64,000 nucleotides of DNA, from IMG/VR virus record IMGVR_UViG_3300050821_005889, one strand, 5' to 3'. Source of the DNA: a virus. The position numbers and the translations under genes were made by a program. The notes below the pieces were generated by a model that was given only the letters and a program-made list of their open reading frames with translations, made no database searches and was not told where the DNA came from. This document shows positions 15,831 to 27,000 of the stretch, piece after piece. Within the stretch, counting starts at the first letter, position 1, and each line of letters opens with the position of its first letter.

Positions 15831-15994
15831 TAGCTGTTATTTTGTCTGTAGTCAGCTTAGTACTAAGTGTGTATAGTCTTTTATCGGCATTAAAAAATAA
15901 AAACAAATGATGGGCTGGCATAATTTTATTACAATCGTTGTAATGATAATTTTATTGTCCCTGTTCCTGGGAGCATACCTTAATAAAAAAGACG

Positions 15995-16660
15995 ATGATG
16001 AACAAGATAACCCTTAACGACAAAGTGTTTATAGAGATTCCTATAGCGTTGTGTACTAATGAACAACTTGATTTCAATGAAGGATTTCATCCTGTAACAG
16101 TAGTTGAAAATAATCGCAAGACCTTTCACTGGGCAAGATATAATGGTGCTAACTGGCATTCAGATACCACCGGGGCGCATGTTATACCTATTTGTATATA
16201 TATACCCGAAGACATGGTTCCAATAGAGCTTAAGGAAGAGCCGTCACAGCAGGAAATAGAATCCGGTCTTATGTTTGGAATTATTCAACCTGTACCTATC
16301 CGGCTTAAGGCGTATGATAAGAAGAATAAAATTATATCCCAGGTGCTGTGTGTGAACTGGGAAGATAAATTTATGACAGTGCGAAGCGGGGCGAGGGGAG
16401 CTATATTGAGGCCGCTCCACGAAATGCACATCTTAAGGATGAGTGAGTTTTTTGATTGCAATGATACAGAGTGTAAAGAGCTTGATGTGGTAGAGGTGCC
16501 GGAGCCACGGCATCTTACACGGATTATAACTTATCATAAGACCGGGGAATGGAGGCTTGCCGATAAGCGTGGCAGGAGCCAGCGTATATTTCAGAAAGAT
16601 TGGAAAGGACTTAAAATAATAGGGCACTATCTCATTAACAAGGAGGAACTAAAAGATTAA
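15995..16660 (+). CDS. Hypothetical protein (221 aa)
   Basis: ORF track. Confidence 0.6.
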   Translation: MMNKITLNDKVFIEIPIALCTNEQLDFNEGFHPVTVVENNRKTFHWARYNGANWHSDTTGAHVIPICIYIPEDMVPIELKEEPSQQEIESGLMFGIIQPVPIRLKAYDKKNKIISQVLCVNWEDKFMTVRSGARGAILRPLHEMHILRMSEFFDCNDTECKELDVVEVPEPRHLTRIITYHKTGEWRLADKRGRSQRIFQKDWKGLKIIGHYLINKEELKD

Positions 16661-16941
16661 TGGGAACGCTGCAAGAATCTATTTTTATGCAACACAGGAT
16701 GACCATTATGCTTATGGATAAAGATGACCAGCCATCTGACGTGATACAGATAATGATTTTCACTGTACCTAATGCCTGTGTTGCAGACCTGGCGGATGGA
16801 TATGGATTATGGAATACCGATACTAATAAGGTGTTGTTGCTGGAAGAAAGATATATAGAGTTCCTGTCATGCAGGACACAAAAACAACAGGGAGAATTTT
16901 TTGCCAGGCTCACTAAGACATCCAGCAGGCTACTCGGTTAA
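16660..16941 (+). CDS. Hypothetical protein (93 aa)
   Basis: ORF track. Start overlaps the upstream stop. Confidence 0.5.
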   Translation: MGTLQESIFMQHRMTIMLMDKDDQPSDVIQIMIFTVPNACVADLADGYGLWNTDTNKVLLLEERYIEFLSCRTQKQQGEFFARLTKTSSRLLG

Positions 16942-16967
16942 AAGATATTAACATTTTATATGTTTAC

Positions 16968-17007
16968 ATGACACTTTGTCAGTATGACATTTTGTCTGCT
17001 AAATTTG
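16968..17007 (+). promoter_or_regulatory. Candidate late promoter: TTTG (16975-16978), 21 nt, TAAATTTG (17000-17007), with a direct repeat ATGACAYTTTGTC
   Basis: Fits the Bacteroidota -33 TTTG / -7 TAnnTTTG arrangement. A 13-nt repeat sits at 16968-16980 and 16984-16996. Lies upstream of the scaffold-capsid operon. Confidence 0.5.
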
Positions 17008-17032
17008 GGGTAACCAAAAATAGCTACACAAA

Positions 17033-18286
17033 ATGCCTGAAAATCAAACAGCGCCTGCGCAAGACCAGACCTCGGTAATACCACCGGAGCTGCTTAGCGT
17101 ATTATCTCTCGCAGAAGCCAATGGCGGAGATGCCCTGGCAGACGCAATGAAAATCCTGGAACGCAATGACATTAAAATCGTAGGAGCGGACAACAAAGGA
17201 ATTTATGACGACAGGAATACCCCAGGCCAACAGGCTCCTGTACAGCAGAATGCACCGGCACCTGCCCAGGCTCCTAATCCAGCCCCCGCTCCGGCAAAAC
17301 AGAACACAGACCCAAACAACATACTCAATGATTTTATAGAGCCCAATGCGGCTCCGGCAAATAGTATCGTAGCCAACTCCATCGAAGACATCACAAAAAT
17401 CCTTAAGGATAAGTACAATATCCAGGATATACCCACATTCCTTGAGTCGGCTGACAAGTGGCGTTCAAAAGCCACCCAGTCCGAACAGGAGATACAAAGA
17501 CTCCAGAACTTTAAAGGAGCATGGGACAACCTTCCCCCTGACTTACAGGACGTAATGGTTGCCTATTATGAGAACCGGGACTATACAGAAATATTAAACA
17601 GTCCCAAATTCATCAATCTTAATAAGCCTTTTGAACAGCAGGATATAGCTAAGGTAGTTCGCTATCTTAATCCTGACATCAACCTTAGCAATAAGGATGC
17701 AGATGATTATGTTGACTTGGGAGACATCAAAGACCCCAGCGTAAAGGCTTTAATCAATACAGCAAAGACTCAATACGCCCGTGAACAGGCTTCTTATAAA
17801 GCCAACCTGACCTCGCAAAAAACTGCACAGCAAGAAGACCAACGCAAGTTCGTTTCCTCTGTCGATGCGTCGTTGCAAAAGTTGACTACAACTCTTCCTA
17901 CCACAGCCGCAGAGCGCGTCAAAGACGTTGCCGGTGTGCTTAAGAGCGGAGATATAGAAGGCTCTTTGTTCTACCAGGGTGATTTATTGAGAGAGGATGC
18001 TGCCGAGCGCGCCTACTATGCCCTTCATGGTAAAGCACTTATTGCTGCTGCAAAAGAAAAAATTGCAGAGCTCAATAAGACCATTGAGACCACGGTAAGT
18101 GGCGGTAGCGGTGACCAGCCTCGCCAGTTCAAGAGAGGGTCTAATGGTCAGGCTCCAAAACCACGGGAAGTGGAACATGCAGAGGAGTTCGCAAACGCGG
18201 TATCAAAGAGAGGGTCTGTTTACGACCCTGACCCGCAGAAAGATGAGAACGCCCGTAAAAATGCACGTCCTGCCTGGGTCAGTTAA
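17033..18286 (+). CDS. Putative scaffolding protein
   Basis: ORF track. Pro/Ala/Gln-rich low-complexity N-terminus, helical charged body. Immediately precedes the putative major capsid gene. Confidence 0.5.
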   Translation: MPENQTAPAQDQTSVIPPELLSVLSLAEANGGDALADAMKILERNDIKIVGADNKGIYDDRNTPGQQAPVQQNAPAPAQAPNPAPAPAKQNTDPNNILNDFIEPNAAPANSIVANSIEDITKILKDKYNIQDIPTFLESADKWRSKATQSEQEIQRLQNFKGAWDNLPPDLQDVMVAYYENRDYTEILNSPKFINLNKPFEQQDIAKVVRYLNPDINLSNKDADDYVDLGDIKDPSVKALINTAKTQYAREQASYKANLTSQKTAQQEDQRKFVSSVDASLQKLTTTLPTTAAERVKDVAGVLKSGDIEGSLFYQGDLLREDAAERAYYALHGKALIAAAKEKIAELNKTIETTVSGGSGDQPRQFKRGSNGQAPKPREVEHAEEFANAVSKRGSVYDPDPQKDENARKNARPAWVS

Positions 18287-18312
18287 TTTTTAACCCCTAA
18301 AGAAAACAACAA

Positions 18313-19569
18313 ATGCAACTTTTCACGTTTCCCTCACCTTCATTCAACAACGCAGAGTTGAATGCGCCGGGCTCCAATTATGCCCAGCAATACGGTAAGG
18401 ATACGACCAAGCTCATAATGGAAATCATACGCAAGACCATCTTCGATGCCGTTCCTGCTGATTACTATGACCTGGCAATCCTTAATATGCAAAATGCGAA
18501 ATTTGTCTCTGGTGACGAGCATATATACTTTGAAAAAAGTATCCAGCGCCAGGGTATCCTTACCACTGTCCTTTCAGGTAATATTGCTGCCGGTAGCGTA
18601 CAGATCATCCCCATCACTAATATTGATGATGCTGGCGTAGACTACATTGTGCAGAATACAACCACGCAGGTAAGGGGTACTATCACCTCCGTGAATACAA
18701 CCCTGGGCACCATGACCGTTCAGGCTTATTCAGGGCAGACCTTGCCACAGCTTAATTCCGGGTCTCAGTACACCTACATCCTGTCTACCTCTGTAGATGG
18801 TGACGGAACAAGCAACATCACCCAGTCTCAGCGTTTGGACAACCTGATTGAACGTTATAATTATGTTCAGCAGTTTGCAAGGCGTACAGACTATGGTCGT
18901 ATGGAAAAGTTCAAGTATGACAAAATCGGCACTACCGATTACGTTACCGAAAACAAGAAAGAGCTTATCAACCAGTATCGTATGGACTTGTCCAACGCTA
19001 TGTGGAACGGTGAGCGCGGTGAGGTAACATTGTCAAACGGGACAAAGGTTAAAACAATGGGCGGCCACTATCCAACCATGTTGGCAGCAGGCTCTGTTCA
19101 GATTTCAACCACCATTTCCAACCTGCCGGATGCAGTGATGCAGGCTCACTACCTTTCCCGTTACGGGACAGGAAACTACGTGCGTATGTTATATGCCGTA
19201 CCTGAAATGATTCACAACATTGCTGTTGCCCTCAAACAACCTTTGATTCGCTGGCAGCCAAAGAATGATACTGCTGCTGATTTAGGGCTGGAGTATATGA
19301 GCTTTGGTGATGGCAAACTGGTGTTTGTTCCAATGCAACGCTGGGAACAGAAGTCTAATTGCTTCTCTGCCGATTGGGAAAAGAGGATAATCCTTTTAGA
19401 CCAGCAGAACATCATACCTGTTCTGGCATGGGGCGAACGTACCGGGTACATTGGAGACCGTTCCCAGAATCCATATACTTTCAATAACTACTCAACTGAG
19501 TACATTGAAGGAACTATGAGCGTGGAGCACAACAATCCACTTGCCGGTGCAATCATCGACGTAATGTAA
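18313..19569 (+). CDS. Putative major capsid protein
   Basis: ORF track. 418 aa, follows the scaffold-like gene and is followed by a strong hairpin. Call is based on position and size only. Confidence 0.55.
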   Translation: MQLFTFPSPSFNNAELNAPGSNYAQQYGKDTTKLIMEIIRKTIFDAVPADYYDLAILNMQNAKFVSGDEHIYFEKSIQRQGILTTVLSGNIAAGSVQIIPITNIDDAGVDYIVQNTTTQVRGTITSVNTTLGTMTVQAYSGQTLPQLNSGSQYTYILSTSVDGDGTSNITQSQRLDNLIERYNYVQQFARRTDYGRMEKFKYDKIGTTDYVTENKKELINQYRMDLSNAMWNGERGEVTLSNGTKVKTMGGHYPTMLAAGSVQISTTISNLPDAVMQAHYLSRYGTGNYVRMLYAVPEMIHNIAVALKQPLIRWQPKNDTAADLGLEYMSFGDGKLVFVPMQRWEQKSNCFSADWEKRIILLDQQNIIPVLAWGERTGYIGDRSQNPYTFNNYSTEYIEGTMSVEHNNPLAGAIIDVM

Positions 19570-19589
19570 CTGTTTGTTTAGGTTTAAGT

Positions 19590-19622
19590 AACAGGGTGGG
19601 TTCCGTTCCATCCCATCCTGTT
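19590..19622 (+). terminator. 11-bp hairpin after the capsid gene (no clear U-tract)
   Basis: AACAGGGTGGG (19590-19600) pairs with CCCATCCTGTT (19612-19622) with one G-U pair. Confidence 0.45.
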
Positions 19623-19634
19623 ACCCACACCTTT

Positions 19635-19904
19635 ATGATTTCACAACCAATCAATATGGCAAGCAAAGAAGGAATCTGTAACGTCTGTATAGACAAAGCG
19701 GACAATGGCGTAACCCTATGCTGGGAAGTAAGGACTAAAAGACCTTCCGGCGGTAAGGGGACTTACGACACAATGGACATGAATTACGAATACAAGAAAG
19801 AGGTATATACTAAAAATGATATACCTAAAGCTCTTGAGCGTATTGAAGACCTCATTGAAGAAATGACAGGGGTAGAAAAAGCAGAAACAGAAGAAGAATA
19901 TTAA
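19635..19904 (+). CDS. Hypothetical protein (89 aa from MISQPIN)
   Basis: ORF track frame. ATG at 19635 chosen because the upstream GTG start lies inside the hairpin. Confidence 0.5.
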   Translation: MISQPINMASKEGICNVCIDKADNGVTLCWEVRTKRPSGGKGTYDTMDMNYEYKKEVYTKNDIPKALERIEDLIEEMTGVEKAETEEEY

Positions 19905-19919
19905 AACCAAAACCAATTT

Positions 19920-20162
19920 ATGATACCATCAATAGGAAGAATCGTAATTTACAAACCTCGCGAAAAAGAACTCATCAAACTTGGCGGCAACCATGAAAAC
20001 GGGACAACCGAATGCCCTGCCATTATAGTTAATGTTTGGGGGGATACAGAGGATTCCTGTGCCAATCTTAAAGTGATAGGCGATTCGGATAGAAACATCT
20101 GGGTTACTTCTGCCTCGCAAGGTGAAGCGGAAGGCGAGTGGCATGAACCAACAAAAAAATAA
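19920..20162 (+). CDS. Hypothetical protein (80 aa)
   Basis: ORF track. AAACCAAAACCAAT leader shared with the next gene. Confidence 0.55.
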   Translation: MIPSIGRIVIYKPREKELIKLGGNHENGTTECPAIIVNVWGDTEDSCANLKVIGDSDRNIWVTSASQGEAEGEWHEPTKK

Positions 20163-20174
20163 AAACCAAAACCA

Positions 20175-20990
20175 ATGAAACTTTACGATAAAGACGACAT
20201 CTTTGGTGGCGCAGAAGAAGCTCCAAGAGACCCACAGAAACAACCACAGAGACCGGGAGCGCCTGTAGAACAGGAAAAGCCAGCGTCCCCGGTAAAACAT
20301 CTGACCCAGAAAGAGGGAACTAACATCACCGATATTAAAGGTGTATTGGAAGCCCTTCGCGGCAACCCGGAACTGTTAGCTCAGTTCAAGACCCTTATGG
20401 GCACCGGCGTCATTCCTTCCAATAATGATAACTATAATGACATTGACCTGGAAGACACGTTGGATGTCCCGGTTACTTTCTTTACCTATTGTATAGCTTA
20501 TGTCACCCTGGATGATAAACGCTTTGGCAGGGAAGTAAAAAACCCGGCAGGGCGCAGGATAAACTTCAAGCATGTGCAGACCCTGCGTATTGCAGGTGGT
20601 CGCCCACGGGATGATAAGTGGATTCAGATTTCCACTTATACCACCTGGAGCAAGAAGGAAGCTATGTGGCTCGAAAGACATTCCAAGTTCAATGTGAAGT
20701 TCCACAAGACTGTACAAAAGGAACATGCCGAAAACACAGAGCTTATGCTTGCACAGATGGAAGCCAGCTCTTACGTATCGGCGCTTGGTCAACATGAACT
20801 CCTTGCTGACTATAAAAACAATATCAACCCGGTACCTAACACAGACTTTGATTTTATGAAGAGCAAGGTATATGAATGGCATGTGAACCGCATCCTGGAG
20901 ATACACAAGAGAACACGCCAGGCTGTAGTACAGCAAACATTCAATACACTGGAGTCGCTCAACCCGGCAGGAAGCCCACAGCGCAAATAG
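20175..20990 (+). CDS. Hypothetical structural-module protein (271 aa)
   Basis: ORF track. Located in the head module. Confidence 0.6.
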   Translation: MKLYDKDDIFGGAEEAPRDPQKQPQRPGAPVEQEKPASPVKHLTQKEGTNITDIKGVLEALRGNPELLAQFKTLMGTGVIPSNNDNYNDIDLEDTLDVPVTFFTYCIAYVTLDDKRFGREVKNPAGRRINFKHVQTLRIAGGRPRDDKWIQISTYTTWSKKEAMWLERHSKFNVKFHKTVQKEHAENTELMLAQMEASSYVSALGQHELLADYKNNINPVPNTDFDFMKSKVYEWHVNRILEIHKRTRQAVVQQTFNTLESLNPAGSPQRK

Positions 20991-21048
20991 GCCGTGACTG
21001 TTTAGAAACAGTTTGATATAATCAGTTTATTAAATACTGTAGCTGCAA

Positions 21049-21056
21049 TAACTTTG
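21049..21056 (+). promoter_or_regulatory. -7 box TAACTTTG, 4 nt before the ATG
   Basis: Matches TAnnTTTG. ATG at 21061. Confidence 0.45.
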
Positions 21057-21060
21057 CTTC

Positions 21061-21807
21061 ATGCCAATAGTTTGTCAGGATATAGTGAATCAGGTAGCTG
21101 CGGAGTTAGGGGCAGAAGGCAATGATTATTATTTGTGGACGAGGGATTACATGCCTGCCATAAAACTTGCTATCAAGGACATGGTGAAGGCTATCCGTGA
21201 CAAGCTGGGCAGCAATTCCTTCACAGAGCAGGCGGCGCAGGAACTTAAGCAGAACATTATCTATCAGACCAATGCCTTTAGCCGGTTCAGGATTACGGAT
21301 GACATATTTTCATTGGTTGCCGTCATACCAGAGCCTACTATGTCTCCATCTAATCCATCTATCACATCTGGCACTACTTCACAATCATTCAAGCGTACCG
21401 ATGTGGCTTTCCTGGGGTCAACCCATACCGCTACACGCCAGACAGATAATGAGTTCTATCTTGGTCAGGGCAATCCTTTCCAGGACGGATTTGCACTGGA
21501 ACCGGAAAGAAATATAAGGACATACTCTTATATTCTGTATGGTGATTCTACAGCAGGAAGCTATGCAGCAGGAGGAAGCGAAATAGGATTGAGTCCGGCT
21601 GTCAATGTTGGGTTTGTGGCTATATCCCAGCTCATCAATCCTACAGAGCCGGTAAATATTACGGACTCCATTCAGTTCCCAATGAACCTGAAAAGTATTA
21701 TAGTGTTATTTACCAAACATCACATAACTTTTAAACCCTTAGATTCCAGTCAAATCAATTTAACTACAATGGATGAAATCACGCAAGCATTAAAAGCCTT
21801 TGAATAA
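21061..21807 (+). CDS. Hypothetical structural-module protein (248 aa)
   Basis: ORF track. Confidence 0.6.
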   Translation: MPIVCQDIVNQVAAELGAEGNDYYLWTRDYMPAIKLAIKDMVKAIRDKLGSNSFTEQAAQELKQNIIYQTNAFSRFRITDDIFSLVAVIPEPTMSPSNPSITSGTTSQSFKRTDVAFLGSTHTATRQTDNEFYLGQGNPFQDGFALEPERNIRTYSYILYGDSTAGSYAAGGSEIGLSPAVNVGFVAISQLINPTEPVNITDSIQFPMNLKSIIVLFTKHHITFKPLDSSQINLTTMDEITQALKAFE

Positions 21808-22442
21808 TGAAAAGAATAGAAATGATAGGACAAGTTTTTGAAATGCTAACGGTTATGGAATACGCTGGCAGCAAAAAGACAAGTACGTATTACTTATGCC
21901 AATGCTCTTGCGGCAACAAAATAACAACAACTCGAAGATGGCTGATAAATGGTAGAGCTAAAAGCTGTGGGTGTAGTAAAAATAACTTTATATCCCGCTC
22001 AAATACAAGGCACGGAGAATCGCAACCAGGAAAAAAGACAGTTGAGTACATGACATGGAATGGAATAAAAAATAGATGCTATAACGAAAAAGACCATAAT
22101 TATGACAAGTATGGGGGTCGTGGAATATCGGTATGCAGCAGATGGATTGAGAGTTATGATAATTTTTTATCCGATATGGGGAGACGTCCTCCTGGTAAAT
22201 ATTCATTAGATAGAATAGATAATAATAAAGGATACTCTCCAGATAACTGTAGGTGGGCTACAAATAAAGAACAGTCAAGAAATACAAGGACAAATAGAAT
22301 CATTGAATTTAAGGGTCAAGAAATGACCTTAACAGAATGGTCTGAAACATTAGGATTGAAAGTATTCACGTTAGCCATGAAATTAAAAAGTAAAACAATT
22401 CCAGAGATAATTAAAATTCAATCGCTCTGTAGAGCAGTCTAA
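21807..22442 (+). CDS. HNH-type homing endonuclease
   Basis: ORF track. Contains CQCSCGN...CGC, then YGGRGISVCSRW, then LDRIDNNKGYSPDNCRWATNKEQSRNTR, the classic phage HNH block. Start and stop each overlap the flanking structural genes by one nucleotide (TAATGA junctions at 21805-21810 and 22440-22445). Confidence 0.7.
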   Translation: MKRIEMIGQVFEMLTVMEYAGSKKTSTYYLCQCSCGNKITTTRRWLINGRAKSCGCSKNNFISRSNTRHGESQPGKKTVEYMTWNGIKNRCYNEKDHNYDKYGGRGISVCSRWIESYDNFLSDMGRRPPGKYSLDRIDNNKGYSPDNCRWATNKEQSRNTRTNRIIEFKGQEMTLTEWSETLGLKVFTLAMKLKSKTIPEIIKIQSLCRAV

Positions 22443-23167
22443 TGAAAAGAGTTTCTTACAGATATTTAGCTTTTAGCTCTTTGGCTGCACTCAAGAAAGT
22501 GTTTGCCGATAGCGACATTAAGTTGCTCGACATTTTATTCTGGGTCAAGATGGCCGTCAACTCCGTTGTTGCCAAGACCCTTACCGGCAAGCCTCCTACC
22601 GGCTCCTATCTTGCCACCTTTACTAATGTTCCTGTTATCTATAATAATAAAGACAATGGCAGCCTGTTGTTCCGAAAAAAATACCTGTCCCTCCCGGCAA
22701 ACATATTTGACCTGCCACTGGACAATGCTATAGACTGGATGAACTTCCGTAATCCTTCCTTCATTCCTAATTGCGGGTGTAAAGAACATTTTACTTTTCA
22801 GCGCTCCACACTGGTTCAGATAAAGCTCATGTATGATACCGCTTTTGAAAAACCGGGCATAGAAGATAATTTCTATTTCGTAAGGGTCAACGACCTGTTA
22901 TATTTATTTGGAATAGAAGACGTGCAGGTCAAGGCGGTAGATATGGCAATAAGAACCTCAGTTAGTCCGTACATCAGCTCGATGACGCTGGACGATGAAG
23001 TAATGCTTAATGACGAACAGGTTCTGGATGTCATCAGCAAAGTAGTCAGTATAGGGCGTTATGTCATGATGGTTCCAAAAGAAAGAGTGGAAGACGGAAC
23101 GGATACTACAGCTACGCCTCCAGGAAGGGTTATACAGCCGGAACAAACTGCCGGTATTGGACAATAA
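22442..23167 (+). CDS. Hypothetical structural-module protein (241 aa)
   Basis: ORF track. Confidence 0.6.
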   Translation: MKRVSYRYLAFSSLAALKKVFADSDIKLLDILFWVKMAVNSVVAKTLTGKPPTGSYLATFTNVPVIYNNKDNGSLLFRKKYLSLPANIFDLPLDNAIDWMNFRNPSFIPNCGCKEHFTFQRSTLVQIKLMYDTAFEKPGIEDNFYFVRVNDLLYLFGIEDVQVKAVDMAIRTSVSPYISSMTLDDEVMLNDEQVLDVISKVVSIGRYVMMVPKERVEDGTDTTATPPGRVIQPEQTAGIGQ

Positions 23168-23209
23168 AAGTAGTTAATAAAATTACTGTGAATAGATTGG
23201 CAGTCTGGA

Positions 23210-23217
23210 TAACTTTG
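23210..23217 (+). promoter_or_regulatory. -7 box TAACTTTG, 5 nt before the ATG
   Basis: Matches TAnnTTTG. ATG at 23223. Confidence 0.45.
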
Positions 23218-23222
23218 TCGTT

Positions 23223-24008
23223 ATGATTACAGTCAACGATTTTATTCCACTTGGGCAAATGCTGCGTGACGTAAGCACCCGCACTGGTGACCCTGAATAT
23301 AAGAGCGGTCTTACCCGTGGATGGTACATCCAGGTGATAAGGGACGCCCTGGATTCGTTGGCTTTCTCAGGTTATCCGCAAAGGGTCACACTTGATTTTG
23401 ATTTTCCTAAAGTAAGTTTCAGGATGGATTGGCCTAAAGGTGTATTTAACATACAGGAAGTATATGGTATCAACGGAGATGATTGCAGTGTTACCAATGC
23501 ACAAAATATATATTGGAAAAGAGAGTTCAACCCTTTACCATACGGTAAAGGATATACAGCAGCGAGACAGGAATCAGGTAGCGCCAATGATGCCGCCAGC
23601 GATATAGTGAACACAGACCCTTTTAATGGAAAATTCTTTTCGTTCCTGGCAATGGAAGGAGAGACGCTCTATTATTTTAATGTACAGAATGGGGTATTGT
23701 TTTTTTCCAATACCTGTAGCACATTTGATAAAATACGTATAGTGTGTTCCGGTACCTACGGCGACATAGATAACCTCCCTTGCGTTCCAAGACCATTAAA
23801 GAAATTTGTGATGGATTATGGTCGTCATGAGTTTTATATAGCTAAAGCAAATGAATCTCCCGGTTTATTAAAGATGGCAGAAAAGGCATATCAGGATATG
23901 TATGACGTAAAAGTAGGAAGCTGGTGGCAGGCAATGAAATTTATGAAGTCTGTGGATAAGAAAAAGAATGAAGACCTGGATGAATATAACAGAAGGGGGA
24001 ACTGGTAA
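23223..24008 (+). CDS. Hypothetical structural-module protein (261 aa)
   Basis: ORF track. Confidence 0.6.
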   Translation: MITVNDFIPLGQMLRDVSTRTGDPEYKSGLTRGWYIQVIRDALDSLAFSGYPQRVTLDFDFPKVSFRMDWPKGVFNIQEVYGINGDDCSVTNAQNIYWKREFNPLPYGKGYTAARQESGSANDAASDIVNTDPFNGKFFSFLAMEGETLYYFNVQNGVLFFSNTCSTFDKIRIVCSGTYGDIDNLPCVPRPLKKFVMDYGRHEFYIAKANESPGLLKMAEKAYQDMYDVKVGSWWQAMKFMKSVDKKKNEDLDEYNRRGNW

Positions 24009-27000
24009 ATGAAACCTGTAAAATTTTCAGAAGAAGTCTGCGTATTCAGCAATGGTATAGGCTATACGGTTGATGCTGAGTACCTGGGTCTAATTACAGG
24101 TAAACGTTACTATGACGCACTCAACATCCGTCTTCGGCAAAAGTCCGGTGTCAACTCAGGTGTCCCGGTTGCCATCAACGGAGAGCAGCTTAAGTATCCA
24201 TTGATTGTTCCTTATCACCTGGGGGGTGGGGGCTTTACCAGCGAGTGTATTGCCAACGCCTTCCTTCCCGCTCAACTATCCTATAAGTGTATCCTTGCCA
24301 CAATGGTACAAGGACACCTGTTTGAGATATGGGCAGATAAGGACAGAATCCTTCCTACATTTTTCAGGGCGGACGGTCATGTTGTTGCCGGTGGAAATGG
24401 GAATCACACTATACCATTCTCTGTTGATTATCCTATACAATATTCTACAAACAATACACCTCTTGGCGGAGAAATTTTTCTTACCGATAACCATGTGGTT
24501 CCGCAGATATATGTAATAAGCGACATGCTTATCAATTCTGGTATTGACCTTGCCTCCGGCATTCGCACAGGGGCATGTACTGATAAATACTTTGCATCTT
24601 ACAACTACACAGATTATTCTATCAATACTGCCACACAGGCAGACCATCCTGTTTTTATAGAACTTGCAACTGCACAACCGGCAGGAAGTATTATACTTGG
24701 AACCAGTGGGCTGTTCCCCGGAACCTATCAGTATTCTATTCAATACGTGGACTCACAAGGCAATACTACAGACTGGAGTGAACCTACACCAAATATCCCG
24801 GTAATAGCTAATATAGATTCAGCAAACAGTAATACTTTTCCTTATTTACAGATGGTTGGAGCAGCGCCACAGCCGCTTGCCACAGAAGGTATAGGAATTG
24901 GTATTCATATCCGTTTCAGGGTCACAAACATTAATAACTACAGCAGCATGAATATAAGACGGGTTGCTTATAATTCAGGTTCGCCTATAGGAACACAAGG
25001 CACAGAGACTATTGTTTATCAATTTAATATTACGGCAGGCCAAATAGGCATTGTAGATATATTTGATTTTGGGGCTACAGGAACATCACTTACCGTAAGC
25101 GCACAAAGAACAACGCAGGCGGTAATAGAGACAGCTAAAGGAATCCGGTACTATGACCGCACTCTTTATCTTGCTAATATTAATTATGCTTCCAGGGATG
25201 TAAGTGGTGTGACGTTTTTAACGTCCCCTGACACGGCATGGCCTGTGATGAAAAATATCGGAACCATTGGACATCACGACCCGTACAATTCTGTTTATTA
25301 TAAACACTTCATGAACCGGGAGCGTTATGGTTTTGGAGTAAAGTATATAGATGGATTTAATACCCAATCTTTTGTAGGAGCTTTTCCGGGCGCTGGCAAC
25401 CCAACCAATTACGGAGGAGCGTTTAATAATTATATGATGCCCAACCGCAGGGATACAGCTACTTCTATAAACAACTATAGCCAGGATGGGACTACAGTAA
25501 CAGTAACAGCATCCGATGTAACCAATACGCCCAATCCTACATTTGAAATATTTGACATGAGTAATGCGGCATCAAAGAATGATACCATTACCTATAAAAA
25601 TATATTTGCCACCGCATCTTCTTTTAATGTTAAGCCCACGAGCCAGATTACTATGTATAATGCCAATATAGGTGCCGGGGCTGTAAGCGGAAGTAATGTT
25701 GTTGCTCCGTATTATCCATTCACCCCCAAGAATGAGAACGACCCTGATGTATCGGGGCATAACTTTGTGGTTAACACTGCGGTTTATACCGGCATAGATA
25801 GTTTTGGGAACCCATTATCAAAAATATCACTACTCAGCACCCCGGCTTATCAACCGAAAGGGTTTGCACAACAGTATCTTACAATGGGAATGTCTATGGC
25901 TGGACTTGCTAATATTCCATCATGGGTTTCTGCATTCTCTATACAGGTAACCCCTCCCGCCGGAAGAGTGGTAACACAGGGGATAGCATTCTATTCCCTT
26001 AATGAAAATCCAACAACCCCAGGAGCAAGCGGAGCTACCAAAGACACCGATAAGATAGTATTCTACTCTCCTGATGCCGAGACAGGACTTACGCTCATGC
26101 AGGATATTATAGACAATCCAAGTATATACAGCGTGGAGTTTATTTGCCCTCTTGGTTCATTCAGTGAAGTATATAGTTTTCGTATAGCGCAGGATGGAAT
26201 TAATTTCAGTGTACCTACATCTTACGCCGGGTACAATGTTGACATGGTTAATTATGCCAGGGTTTATTACGATAATTCTTTAATCAATACGGACGGGTTG
26301 ACCCAAATTGGCAACGGTGACGGGTATGTTAATTTTGGCAGGTTTAGAAACGTTGCCTCTGCTGGCGGGTCTGTAGCAAACATTTTTAATAACTCCAATC
26401 CTGGCAATGCACAGGTAGGGGTAACAGGAGCTACTGCTGTAACTACTAAATCAGGCAGGCAAACATTCTATAAGATTCAATTAGATGCACCTCTATACAG
26501 TACCGGCTCTCCCGGAAGTAATATAGACGCTGCTTATGGAACAACTAATCTAAAGAGGTTCACAGAGCCTTTTTATATTGTTAACATAGTTCGCAAGGAT
26601 GCTGTTGTTGACACTTCTGTTAACCAGACACAATATGTTTCAACAGGGCACTATCAGAAAATATCATCTATCATAGGTCAATCAAACGGTGCCGCAAAGC
26701 AATCATTTTTGCTGGTAGACGAAAATCCAGGAGACTGCATTGTAAAAAACGGGACGGATATAAAATACATCTGGATAGAAGACATTAACGGGAACCAGTT
26801 GCCGTGGGTAAATATTTCTATGGCAGGAACGGGGTCTTTTACACTGGCTAATATATTTGGAGATATAGCTAATGGTACCAATAACTCAGGAGCTAACCCA
26901 ACCAATATATTAGCAGGAGTTTATTCCCAATCCATTACGCAGGTGAATGGCCTGGATAGATTTTATACTATAATATTTGAATCCATACCGGGACAGAACC

